From an uncultured Chloroflexia bacterium (lineage in GTDB: Bacteria > Chloroflexota > Limnocylindria > Limnocylindrales > CSP1-4), in NCBI GenBank assembly GCA_963813535.1, contig CAWEZH010000002.1, positions 672,001 through 736,000 on the forward strand: 64,000 nucleotides of DNA, in the 5' to 3' direction. The position numbers and the translations under genes were made by a program. Shown here in pieces: positions 47,568 to 56,944 of this stretch. The notes below the pieces were generated by a model that was not told the origin of the DNA, made no database searches, and saw nothing but the letters and a program-made list of their open reading frames with translations. Numbering within the stretch: the stretch's first letter is position 1; each line of letters opens with the position of its first letter.

Positions 47568-49157
47568 ATGATGCGCGGCCTCGCGTTGCGCCATCTCGCC
47601 GTAGCATACGGGGATGTTCAACGGAGATCGCCCCGGGCCGCACTCCTGACACGGATCCCGCTACACCCGCTCCTGTTCGCCGCGTATGCGGTCCTGTTCC
47701 TCTATTCCGCGAACCTTGCCCTGGTGCTGCCCATCGATGCGCTCGCGCCGCTGGCACGCGCCGTCATCGCTGCCGCCATCCTGACCGCGGTGCTCGCGCT
47801 CGTGCTCCGCGACATCCGCAAAGGGGCGATCGTGGCGTCGGCGATCGTGATCGCGTATTTCGGGTTCGGGCACGTCGCGGGGTTTCTCACCGGTCTCGGT
47901 CTCGGCGACGTGGCCCAGCTCGGAGTGTGGGCCGCGGTCGTCGTCGTGACGTTCGTCCTCGCCGTGCGCGGGTCAGCGAGAGTGCCGCAGGCGACTGCTG
48001 GCCTCAACGTCGTCTCCATCGTCCTGGTCGTGATCGCCGCCGCGACGATCCTGCCGTACGAGGTCACGCGGGCAGGTCAGGAGCCGGTCTCGCACGCGGC
48101 CCCCGTCCTGGCCGGATCCGACGCCGCGCCCGGGCGTGACATCTACTTCCTGATCTTCGACCGATACGGCTCGGCCGACGCGATCGAGCGCCGCTTCGAC
48201 ATCACCGACAACGAGATGTACGGCTGGCTCGAGGAGCGCGGGTTCCAGGTCCCGTCGAACAGCCACGCGAACTATCGGGCAACGGACTTCTCCCTGGCCG
48301 CGACCCTCAACATGCAGTACCTCGACAACCTGACGCGCGACATCGGCCGCACATCGGATGACCGGACGCCGGCACAGGACATGATCCGGGAGCACGAGGT
48401 CGGCCGCTTCCTGAAGTCGGAGGGATACCGGTACTACCAGATCGGGTCATGGTTCGGCCCCACCCGCTCCGTCACGATCGCCGATGAGAACCTCGCGTAC
48501 GGCGTCGCCAGCGAGTTCGAGACGGTCCTGAACGACCTGACGATCATGCCGGCGATCGACCGTGTCCGCGGCGTCGTGAGCGCCGAGCCGACGGAGCGCG
48601 ACCGCCATCGGGAAGGAAGCCTGTTCGGGTTCCGGCAGCTGCGCCGGGTCAGTACTGCCCCGGGTCCGAAATTCGTCTTCGCCCACATCCTCCTGCCGCA
48701 CGATCCGTACGTCTTCAAGGCTGATGGCTCCCCGCTGTCCGAAGCCGACGCGAAGGCCGCGCCGGAGGCTCGGCTCTATGCCGACCACCTGGAGTTCGCG
48801 AACACGCAGATCAAGGAGATCGTGGGGTACCTGCTTTCCGGTCCCGAACAAACCCGACCGATCGTGATCATCGAGGGCGACGAAGGGCCGTTGATGTGCC
48901 AGTCCCTCGACTGCGTGAAGAACACGCCCGAATACCTGCGGATCCGTCTGGGGAACCTTGTCGCGATGTACCTGCCGGGCGTGGAAGCGGTGCTGCCCGA
49001 CACGTTCACGTCCGTGAACACGTTCAGGGTGGTATTCCGCGAGTACTTCGGCGCCGACCTCGAGCCACTTCCCGACCGTAGTTTCACGTGGCCCGACAAC
49101 AAGCACATCTACGACTTCAAGGACGTGACCGAGCAGCTCATCGTTCCGGGTGAGTGA
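47568..49157 (+). CDS. Membrane-anchored alkaline-phosphatase/sulfatase superfamily protein (NoeB-like); start uncertain
   Basis: 5 N-terminal TM; DIYFLIFDRY, NYRATDFSL, HILLPHDPY, IIEGDEG. Confidence 0.8.
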   Translation: MMRGLALRHLAVAYGDVQRRSPRAALLTRIPLHPLLFAAYAVLFLYSANLALVLPIDALAPLARAVIAAAILTAVLALVLRDIRKGAIVASAIVIAYFGFGHVAGFLTGLGLGDVAQLGVWAAVVVVTFVLAVRGSARVPQATAGLNVVSIVLVVIAAATILPYEVTRAGQEPVSHAAPVLAGSDAAPGRDIYFLIFDRYGSADAIERRFDITDNEMYGWLEERGFQVPSNSHANYRATDFSLAATLNMQYLDNLTRDIGRTSDDRTPAQDMIREHEVGRFLKSEGYRYYQIGSWFGPTRSVTIADENLAYGVASEFETVLNDLTIMPAIDRVRGVVSAEPTERDRHREGSLFGFRQLRRVSTAPGPKFVFAHILLPHDPYVFKADGSPLSEADAKAAPEARLYADHLEFANTQIKEIVGYLLSGPEQTRPIVIIEGDEGPLMCQSLDCVKNTPEYLRIRLGNLVAMYLPGVEAVLPDTFTSVNTFRVVFREYFGADLEPLPDRSFTWPDNKHIYDFKDVTEQLIVPGE

Positions 49158-49222
49158 TGCGGATCGCCCGCCGGCGCTATCCTCGGTGGCCCGAGATCCC
49201 GACGTTGCCGAGGAGGGCACGC

Positions 49223-49405
49223 ATGATCCCGCTCCTTGCCTATATCGACCCGGGTTCAGGTAGCCTCATCATCCAGGCAGCGATCGCTGCCATCATCGCC
49301 ATCCCGATCTTCTTCCGCACACAGATCGCCCGGGCGATGCGGGCGATCCGGCGCTCGGACGACCACGAGCCGACGGGCGAGGATGACGCGGCCACCAGGC
49401 TCTGA
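49223..49405 (+). CDS. Small membrane protein with AYIDPGSGS motif (60 aa)
   Basis: aggaggg RBS; MIPLLAYIDPGSGSLIIQAAIAAIIAIPIFFR. Confidence 0.8.
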   Translation: MIPLLAYIDPGSGSLIIQAAIAAIIAIPIFFRTQIARAMRAIRRSDDHEPTGEDDAATRL

Positions 49406-50822
49406 CCTCCAGGATCCCGGCGCGCCGCACGCTGTCGGCATCGCCGACGGGCGCGACGCCGGGTCATTCCGCGATCCGAGCGGATTCGTCTTCTGGCGTG
49501 ATGGCCAGCCGTACCGCCAGATCCAACGAACGTTCGCGACCGAGTGGGACGGGTTCGAGGCGAGCCCGCTCAAGCGCCGCCTCCTCGACCAGCGACGACT
49601 GATCCCGTACGAGCCGGTCGGGCTCGACTTCGCGACCACGTCCGGCGCCCACGCGGTCATTCGACCGGAGCGGATCGAGTTCCTCAGCTATCCCTACGAG
49701 TGGACGTTCGGCGAGCTACGCGAGTCGGCGCTGCTGACGCTCGACATCCAGCTCGAAGCGATCGGCGCCGGGTGGACCCTCAAGGACGCGTCGGCCTTCA
49801 ACATCCAGTTCCACGACGGCCGCCCGATCCACATCGATTCGTCGTCGTTCGAGCCCCTCGAGGAGGGCGCGCCGTGGGTCGCCTACCGCCAGTTCTGCGA
49901 GCAGTTCCTGGCGCCGCTGGCGCTGGTTGGACGGCGCGACGTCCGGCTTTCCGATCTCCTCAGCGTCGAACCTGACGGGATCGCGCTCGACCTGGCAAGC
50001 CGGCTGCTGCCGCGGCGGACATGGTTCGACTTCGGCCTCCTTTCCCACGTGCACCTCCATGCCAGAGCCCAGCTCCGTCACGCGGGAGGAGACGACGATG
50101 GACGTGCGGCGCGGCGCACCCGCATCCCGCGGGCCCGCCTGGAAGGGGTGATCCGGAGTCTGCGCTCGACCGTCGCTGCGCTCGACTGGCGCGCAGGCGG
50201 CACGGAATGGGCTGACTACGCCGAGCACACGAGCTACGGCGAGCGGGCGGCGGCGGACAAGGACCGACTTGTCGACAGGTTCGTGCGCGAGCTGCCGGGA
50301 CGGCGCGTGTGGGACCTCGGCGCAAACACCGGTCGCTTCAGCCGGATCGCGGCCGAGGCGGGCAAGCGAGTCGTCGCCCTCGACATCGATCCGGCCGCTG
50401 CCGAGCGACACTTTCGCGCCGTCCGCGAGGCCGGGCGGACCGACATCCTGCCGCTCGTCGTCGACATCGCCAACCCGACCCCGGCGCTCGGCTGGGCCGG
50501 GCGCGAGCGGCGCTCGCTCCTGGAGCGGGCAGATGCAGATGCGATCCTCGCGCTCGCCCTGGTCCACCACCTCGCGATCACCCGGAACGTGCCGCTGCCG
50601 ATGCTTCTCGACCTGTTCGCGGAGCTTGCCCCGTGGGCGCTCGTCGAGTTCGTGCCCAAGGACGACCCGATGGTCCGGCGGCTCCTCGCCACGCGACGGG
50701 ACGTCTTCGCCGACTACGACCTGGACAGCTTCCGCGCGGCTGCGGGGATTCGCTTCGAGATCGTCCGCGAGGAGCGGATCGCTGACAGCACGCGGGTGCT
50801 CTTCCTCCTGCACCGACGCTGA
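49383..50822 (+). CDS. NoeA-like protein: kinase-like N-terminus plus class I SAM methyltransferase
   Basis: SFRDPSGFV, SYPYEWTF, LKDASAFNIQF, PIHID; WDLGANTG, ALALVHHLAI, VEFVPKDD. Confidence 0.82.
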   Translation: MTRPPGSDLQDPGAPHAVGIADGRDAGSFRDPSGFVFWRDGQPYRQIQRTFATEWDGFEASPLKRRLLDQRRLIPYEPVGLDFATTSGAHAVIRPERIEFLSYPYEWTFGELRESALLTLDIQLEAIGAGWTLKDASAFNIQFHDGRPIHIDSSSFEPLEEGAPWVAYRQFCEQFLAPLALVGRRDVRLSDLLSVEPDGIALDLASRLLPRRTWFDFGLLSHVHLHARAQLRHAGGDDDGRAARRTRIPRARLEGVIRSLRSTVAALDWRAGGTEWADYAEHTSYGERAAADKDRLVDRFVRELPGRRVWDLGANTGRFSRIAAEAGKRVVALDIDPAAAERHFRAVREAGRTDILPLVVDIANPTPALGWAGRERRSLLERADADAILALALVHHLAITRNVPLPMLLDLFAELAPWALVEFVPKDDPMVRRLLATRRDVFADYDLDSFRAAAGIRFEIVREERIADSTRVLFLLHRR

Positions 50823-50845
50823 CGGAGGCGACAACGTCCGGGGCA

Positions 50846-51006
50846 TAACAAGGCCCACGACGGATACCGCCGTGGGCTTCGTTACGGGCGACCGAAGCCG
50901 CCCGCGTCGCCGGTCCCTCGAAGGTTCGTGGCCGCCGACCGGTGGCTCACGGATGTTCCACGTCCGTGCCGAATCGGATGCCCCAGCAGTCGAGTCGCCA
51001 GCGGCC
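50846..51006 (-). ncRNA. Candidate stand-alone structured sRNA (~160 nt)
   Basis: TG-g-TAGGAT at 51012-51020, 10-bp closing helix at the predicted +1, cUUCGg tetraloop hairpin, terminator hairpin followed by UUGUU. Confidence 0.55.
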
Positions 51007-51072
51007 CGGGAATCCTACCAGAGGGTGCGCCAGAGGGACGAACCGAGGGCTGCCCTCCGCCCGATCGTCCGG

Positions 51073-51207
51073 TCAGTAGGCGGGGGCGACCGCAGAGGGG
51101 GCGGCAGACGGAGCCGGGGCGCCGCTCGAACCGCCACCGGACGGCGAGCACGCGCCGAGTGCGCCGGCGAGCACCAGGATCAGCGCAACGATCGATCGAC
51201 GGACCAC
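51073..51207 (-). CDS. Very small lipoprotein (44 aa)
   Basis: aaggagg RBS, GTG start, MVRRSIVALILVLAGALGA-C lipobox, Ser/Ala/Pro tail. Confidence 0.75.
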   Translation of the reverse strand: MVRRSIVALILVLAGALGACSPSGGGSSGAPAPSAAPSAVAPAY

Positions 51208-51237
51208 GCGAGACCTCCTTCTCACTCCTGCCATGGG

Positions 51238-51266
51238 ATTCGGCGGACCCCTGCCGACCGGTTTCC
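51238..51266 (-). promoter_or_regulatory. Possible ECF-sigma promoter of the small lipoprotein gene
   Basis: GGAAACC-N17-CGAAT, 30 nt upstream of the start codon. Confidence 0.4.
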
Positions 51267-51281
51267 CGTGATGATGGCCCC

Positions 51282-52094
51282 ATGGAGGGCTACGAGTTGA
51301 TCGATGCCGGAGCCGGTCGCCGTCTCGAACGGTTCGGTGCGCACGTGGTCGACCGTCCGCATCCGGGTGCCGACGACCATCGGCGCGCACCCGCGCGTTG
51401 GCAAGACGCGGATCTTGCGTTCGACAGAGACACGGGCTGGAGCGGCGACGGTCTGGCGACGGCCCGGTCTGGCTGGGATGTGGACCTCGAGGGTCTCGGA
51501 TTGGAGTTGCGCCCGACCGAGACCGGCCAGGTCGGCGTGTTCCCAGAGCACGCGGTCACGTTGCCATGGCTCCGCGACCGCATCGACGCGGCACCAGAGC
51601 GGCCCGACGTCCTCAACCTCTTCGCGTTCACCGGCCTCGCCACCCTCGCGCTCGCCCGAGCCGGTTCAGCCGTCGTCCATGTCGATGCGGCTCGGCCCGC
51701 CGTCGAGTGGGCACGCCGGCACGCGGCGAGGAACGGCCTCGAGGACCGACCGATCCGCTGGCTCGTCGATGACGCACGAGCGTTCGTCGCCCGAGAGGTC
51801 CGTCGCGGTCGCCGCTATCACGGCGTCGTGCTCGACCCACCGACATACGGGCACGGGCCGTCCGGCAAGGCGTGGCGGCTGTCGCGTGACCTCCAGCCGT
51901 TGCTGGACGACGTCCGTCGCCTGCTGGTGCCGGGCGCGTTCATCCTGCTGACCGCTCACGCGGCCGATCTCGACCCGGGTCGACTGGGCGGCTACCTGGG
52001 CGAAGCGGCGGAGGTCGGCGACCTGGTCATCACGGCGACATCGGGAGCGACCCTGCGGCTCGGTGCCTACGCCCGCCTGGGCCGCGCATCATGA
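51282..52094 (+). CDS. Class I SAM-dependent methyltransferase (RlmI/RlmK-like)
   Basis: YELIDAGAGRRLERFG, VGVFPEH, VLNLFAFTG, LDPPTYG. Confidence 0.88.
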   Translation: MEGYELIDAGAGRRLERFGAHVVDRPHPGADDHRRAPARWQDADLAFDRDTGWSGDGLATARSGWDVDLEGLGLELRPTETGQVGVFPEHAVTLPWLRDRIDAAPERPDVLNLFAFTGLATLALARAGSAVVHVDAARPAVEWARRHAARNGLEDRPIRWLVDDARAFVAREVRRGRRYHGVVLDPPTYGHGPSGKAWRLSRDLQPLLDDVRRLLVPGAFILLTAHAADLDPGRLGGYLGEAAEVGDLVITATSGATLRLGAYARLGRAS

Positions 52095-52921
52095 GCTCGA
52101 TGCCCAGCAAAACGATCGCCAGCCCGTCGAACCCCCAGATCAAGTCGGTCGCCCGGCTGCGAGATCGGCGACAGCGCGATTCGACCGGTCTGACGCTGGT
52201 CGACGGGGCGCGCGAGGTGCGCCGTGCGCTCGATTCGGGGATCGAGGTCGTCGAAGCGTTCGTGTGCGAGCCGATGCTCGCTGGTGAGGATGCCCGTGCC
52301 GCGCTCGACGCCATGGCGGCGCGCGGCATCCCGTCGGTCAGCACGACCGAGGCGGCGTTCGCCAAGGTGGCGTTCGGCGATCGGGCCGACGGGCTGATCG
52401 CGGTCGTTCGCGTGCCAGGGCTACTCCTCGATGACCTCGAGCTCCCTGCTGATCCCTTGATCGTCGTCCTCGAAGGCGTCGAGAAGCCCGGCAACCTCGG
52501 CGCCGTCCTCCGGAGCGCCGACGGTGCCGGCGCGGATGCGTTGATCGCCGCCTCGCCGCGGACCGACCTGTTCAATCCGAACGCCATCCGGGCGAGCGCA
52601 GGCACGATCTTCTCGATCCCGATCGCCGCCGCGCCACGTCCGGACGTCGTCGGTTGGCTGCGCGAGCGATCGATCCGGATCGTCGCTGCGAGGGTCGATG
52701 CCGATGAGCTCTATACCGCCACTGACCTGACCGGCCCGCTCGCCGTCGTGTTCGGGAGCGAGGCCGACGGCCTGACCGATGCCTGGGATGCCGCCGACAT
52801 CGCCGCCGCCCGGCTCCCGATGCGGGGCATCGCGGACAGTCTCAACGTGTCGGTGTCGGCCGCGGTGGTCCTGTACGAGGCGAGACGGCAACGCGACCGC
52901 AAGGCGCACACGCCAGACTGA
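52091..52921 (+). CDS. TrmH/SpoU family RNA methyltransferase
   Basis: SPSNPQIK, EKPGNLGAVLRSA, FGSEADGL, LPMRGIADSLNVS. Confidence 0.93.
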   Translation: MSSMPSKTIASPSNPQIKSVARLRDRRQRDSTGLTLVDGAREVRRALDSGIEVVEAFVCEPMLAGEDARAALDAMAARGIPSVSTTEAAFAKVAFGDRADGLIAVVRVPGLLLDDLELPADPLIVVLEGVEKPGNLGAVLRSADGAGADALIAASPRTDLFNPNAIRASAGTIFSIPIAAAPRPDVVGWLRERSIRIVAARVDADELYTATDLTGPLAVVFGSEADGLTDAWDAADIAAARLPMRGIADSLNVSVSAAVVLYEARRQRDRKAHTPD

Positions 52922-52925
52922 CGCG

Positions 52926-54308
52926 ATGGAATCGACGTTCGATCTCATCATCATCGGCGCCGGGCCTGGCGGTGAGGCGGCAGCCCACAAGGCTCGAGGC
53001 CTCGGAGCGACCGTCGTCATCATCGACCGGAAGTGGTTCGGCGGCAGCTGTCCGCACGTCGGCTGCCTGCCGTCAAAGGCGCTGCTCCACGGGGCCGCCG
53101 AGCACCACGCGAACCCGCGAACCTACGACTGGCCGCATGCATCGAAGCATCGCGACTTCATGATCAATCGCGCGCCCGACAAGCCGGAACCGGACGACAC
53201 TAGCCATATCCGAGCGCTGGAGACGGCGGGCGCGGTCTGCTATCGAGGCGATGCGCGGATCACCGGGCGGGGCCGCGTGACCGTTTCCCACGAGGGTGTC
53301 CGCCACGAGCTGTCGGCCTCAGACATCGTCATCGCCGTCGGCTCGCACTCGCGCGCGATCCGCATCCCCGGGATCGACGGCGTCGACGTCTGGACCAATG
53401 AACAGGCGACCCTCAGCAGGGAGCTGCCGCGGAGCATGCTGATCCTTGGTGGCGGGCCGACAGGCTGTGAGCTGGCACAGGTGTACGCCCGATTCGAGGT
53501 GCCGGTCACCATCGTCCAATCGGGCCCGCGGCTCGCACCGACCGACCACCCGCGCAATTCGGACGTCGTCCGCGCGACCCTCGAGGCGGATGGCGTCACG
53601 ATCCGCACGGGCGTCCGGGCCGTTGCCGCTCGCGCCGGCGCGGGTGCCGATGGCGCACACGTCGTCGATCTCGATGACGAATCGTCGGTCGAAGGTCACG
53701 TCGTGCTGGCCGCGATCGGCCGCGAGGTGCCACTCGACGACCTCGGTCTCGAGCACTACGGCCTCGATCTCAGCGGGCGGACGCCGCCCTATCCGCGTGA
53801 CGGGCGGATGCGGATCGCGGACGGCCTCTACGCCGTCGGTGATGCCGCCGGCCCGGAGCTGCACACTCACCAGGCCCACTACCAGGGCGAGCTGGCCGCG
53901 CGGATGGCTCACGGCGAGTCGGTCACGCCGGATTACCGCGCGTTGCCGCGTGCGACCTACACCGACCCGGAAGCCGCGTTCGTCGGTCTGTCGCTCGAGG
54001 GCGCCCGCGAAGCGGGCCTCGACGCGTTCGAACAGGTCGCCGACTTCGCCGAGAGCAGTCGCGGCTACGCCGTCGAGGCCAAGCTCGGGCACGTGACGAT
54101 CGTTTTCGACCGCGCCACACGACAGCTGGTCGGCGCGGCGATGGCCTGCCCCGACGCATCGGCGGCGATCCACGAGTGTGTGCTCGCGATCAAGGCCCGG
54201 ACGCCGGTGGACGTCCTGGCCGACACGATCCATGCGTTCCCGTCCACGTCGCGCATCTTCAACGGTCTCTTCGCGGACGCCCTCGCTGAGCTCGACCGCC
54301 CGGCCTAG
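52926..54308 (+). CDS. Pyridine nucleotide-disulfide oxidoreductase (Lpd/MerA-like)
   Basis: IIGAGPGG, GGSCPHVGCLPSK, GGGPTGCE, IHAFPS. Confidence 0.9.
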   Translation: MESTFDLIIIGAGPGGEAAAHKARGLGATVVIIDRKWFGGSCPHVGCLPSKALLHGAAEHHANPRTYDWPHASKHRDFMINRAPDKPEPDDTSHIRALETAGAVCYRGDARITGRGRVTVSHEGVRHELSASDIVIAVGSHSRAIRIPGIDGVDVWTNEQATLSRELPRSMLILGGGPTGCELAQVYARFEVPVTIVQSGPRLAPTDHPRNSDVVRATLEADGVTIRTGVRAVAARAGAGADGAHVVDLDDESSVEGHVVLAAIGREVPLDDLGLEHYGLDLSGRTPPYPRDGRMRIADGLYAVGDAAGPELHTHQAHYQGELAARMAHGESVTPDYRALPRATYTDPEAAFVGLSLEGAREAGLDAFEQVADFAESSRGYAVEAKLGHVTIVFDRATRQLVGAAMACPDASAAIHECVLAIKARTPVDVLADTIHAFPSTSRIFNGLFADALAELDRPA

Positions 54309-55945
54309 ACCTCGAACACGACCTTCCCGTCCATCAGGACGATCTGCGGGCGGGTCGTCGAGAGCGGTCCGCCGGGACTCACCGGTTCGTCGATCGCGGC
54401 GGCCGGGATGACCACGACGTCGGCGCGCTGACCGACCGTCAACCGGCCGCGGTCCGTCTGGCGCGCCGAGATCGGACCATCGATGCAGTTCGCCCGCAGC
54501 GCCCGGTCGAGCGTGAGCGACTGCTCCGGCGCGTACTCGGGCGTACCGCTCGGCCACCGGGCATCCTCGCGCCGGACGGCCAGCGCAAGACCGGGCCACG
54601 GGTCGTATGGCTCGACGGGCGCGTCCGTCCCGAACGGCATGACCGCCCCTGTGTCGGCGATGGCCTTCCAGGTGTAGCCCTCGGACTCCGCTCGATCGCC
54701 CCACAGCTTCCAGGCCTGCAGCGCATCGGAGCCGAGGTGGACCGGCTGGACGCTGGCCGCGATGCCCGCCGCTGCGAACCGGGGCCGGTCGTCCGGATGG
54801 AGCATCTGGGCGTGCTCGATCCGTGGCATCAGCGGCGAGGTCTGGGCGAACGGCGTCAGGACGTCGAGCGCGGCGCGCACGGCCGCGTCCCCGATCGCGT
54901 GGATCATCGTGGCGATCCCGCGGGCGGCCGCCCGCTCCACTCGCTCGCGCAGACCGTCCGGTTCGGTCATCCAGACGCCCCGCCGAAGCACGGGTGCCAA
55001 GGGCCGCTCGGGCTCGGCCTCGATGTCCTCCAGGAGCGCTGCCGTCCGCGATCCGAGCGAGCCGTCGGCGAAACATTTCTGCCAGCCGACGACCGCCCGC
55101 CCATCCGGCGCGGCCCCGAGTGGCGTGCCGCTTCGATAGCCGCGTTCGATCGCCGTCGCGACCGCGTCGTCGCGCATGCACGCGTGGACCCTGACCGGTA
55201 GTCGCCCGGACTCCGACAGCCGTGCATAGGCCGGGAACGAGTATTCCAACGACGGGTCGGGCGCGACACCGCCCGGGTCATGGCACGCCACGACGCCCAG
55301 CCGGACGAGATCCTGACCGACTTCGGTCAGCGTCTGGTCCAGGTCCGCCGCGGCCGGTGGCGGGACGTGGATCGTCACCAGCCTGGTCGCCGCTTCGTAC
55401 AGCACGCCTTCGGGCGACCCGCCGGCGGCACGGCGGATCACGCCGCCGGGAGGATCGCCCGCCGGGAGATCGGCTTCACGGATCGCCGCGTGACTCGCCC
55501 AGAGCGCGTGATGATCGTGCGCCCACAGGGCGGCGCGCCGGCCCGGCGCAACGGCCTCCAGGGCGTCGGCGGTCGGCCAGCCGCCCCATCGATCGGAGTC
55601 CCAGCCGTGGCCCTCGAGCCACGCGTCGGAGTGCAGCCGCTCGTGGGCGTCTCGAAGCCGCGCGAGCCCCTCCTCCAGCGTCCACGCATCCCCGAGGTCG
55701 ACATGCCGCGACGCGAGCGCCGCCTGCGCGAGGTGGAGGTGCGCATCGGTCAGTCCAGGGATCGCGACCTGATCGGGCTCCAGCGTGATCCGCACGGTGA
55801 AGGGGTCGGCACGGGTCTCGAGATCGATCTCCGACCCGGCGAACGCGACCCGGCCGTCGCGGATCCCGATCGCTTCGACCCAGCCGAAGCCGGAATCACC
55901 GGCGAGGGTCGCGATACGGCCGGTGATGAGCGTTTCGAGTGGCAT
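54305..55945 (-). CDS. Amidohydrolase family 3 (YtcJ-like)
   Basis: PGLTDAHLH, KCFADGSLGSRTA, HAIGDAA, RIEHAQ, FGTDAPVE. Confidence 0.92.
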   Translation of the reverse strand: MPLETLITGRIATLAGDSGFGWVEAIGIRDGRVAFAGSEIDLETRADPFTVRITLEPDQVAIPGLTDAHLHLAQAALASRHVDLGDAWTLEEGLARLRDAHERLHSDAWLEGHGWDSDRWGGWPTADALEAVAPGRRAALWAHDHHALWASHAAIREADLPAGDPPGGVIRRAAGGSPEGVLYEAATRLVTIHVPPPAAADLDQTLTEVGQDLVRLGVVACHDPGGVAPDPSLEYSFPAYARLSESGRLPVRVHACMRDDAVATAIERGYRSGTPLGAAPDGRAVVGWQKCFADGSLGSRTAALLEDIEAEPERPLAPVLRRGVWMTEPDGLRERVERAAARGIATMIHAIGDAAVRAALDVLTPFAQTSPLMPRIEHAQMLHPDDRPRFAAAGIAASVQPVHLGSDALQAWKLWGDRAESEGYTWKAIADTGAVMPFGTDAPVEPYDPWPGLALAVRREDARWPSGTPEYAPEQSLTLDRALRANCIDGPISARQTDRGRLTVGQRADVVVIPAAAIDEPVSPGGPLSTTRPQIVLMDGKVVFEV

Positions 55946-55951
55946 GGCCGG

Positions 55952-56943
55952 TCAGCGTACCGGGTCGGCGAGGAGCTCCACGAGATCGTCCCGCCCGAGC
56001 CCAGCGCCGAGACCCAGCGCGACCGCGACCCGAGCCTTGATGGCGCACAGCGTGCCGACCGGGATGGCACCGGCCCGCGCCCATGTCGCTCCTCCGCCAG
56101 GGAAGGCATAGGCCGTCGAGATCGCGCCCGAGGGGCAGCGCGAGGCCAGCACGACCGTGACGCCGTCGGCCATCGCCCGCTCCGCCGCCGCCAGCATCGC
56201 GGCGGACGTGTTGCCGGCGCCTGTCGCCGCCACGACGAGGCCGCGTGCGCCGGACCCGACGGCGCCGTCGATCATGGCCCCGTCAGAGCCGATCCCCGCC
56301 TGCACCAGCTCAACGCGAGCGCCGTCAATCGGCACGGGCCGGAGGCGACGTCGCGCACTGCGCTGGCCGCTCCAGCACGACCTCGCCGCCCTCCCCCACC
56401 CGGCCGAGCGACCCACGATTCGGCGAGCGGAACGTGTCGAGCGCCGTGGTGTGCATCTTGGTGGCGTCATCCGCCGCTTCGATCGTGCCTGCAAGCGACA
56501 CCACGACGCCTGCATCCCGCAGCGTCGGCGAGGCGGCCACCGACACCGCCCGGCGCAGGTTATCCGGGCCCTCGTAGCCCTCTTCGTGCGACGCCCGCAT
56601 CGCGCCGGTGACGACGACGGGCTTGGACGAGTCCAGGACGAGGTCCCACGCGAAGGCCGTCTCCTCGATGGTGTCCGTGCCCTGGACCACGACGACGCCC
56701 TCGATCGCCTCGTCGTCGAGCGCCTCCTGGACGACCCGGCCGAGCGTCATGAGGTCGGCGAACGTGAAGTGGCTGGCAGGCGTCAGCCCGCGGTCGATCG
56801 GGACGACATCCGCGATGGCATCGAGGCCCGATGTCCGGGACAGGATCGCCGCACCGTCCAGCGCTCGGAACGTTACCGCCAGCGATCGGGTCGAAGCCCA
56901 TGCTGATCGTCCCGCCCGTGAACACGGCGGCGACGCGTGCCAC
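55952..56943 (-). CDS. L-asparaginase, split by two +1 frameshifts (~56865, ~56370; probable sequencing errors)
   Basis: FTGGTISM, QGTDTIEETA, VVVTGAMR, GPDNL, ATGAGN spread over three frames. Confidence 0.85.
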
Positions 56944-56944
56944 C

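Noticed and set aside
47371-50822. noeA/B-like module as an island integrated at tRNA-Val
   Set aside because: It lies on the 5' side of the tRNA, with no integrase, no duplicated tRNA 3' end and no obvious compositional shift
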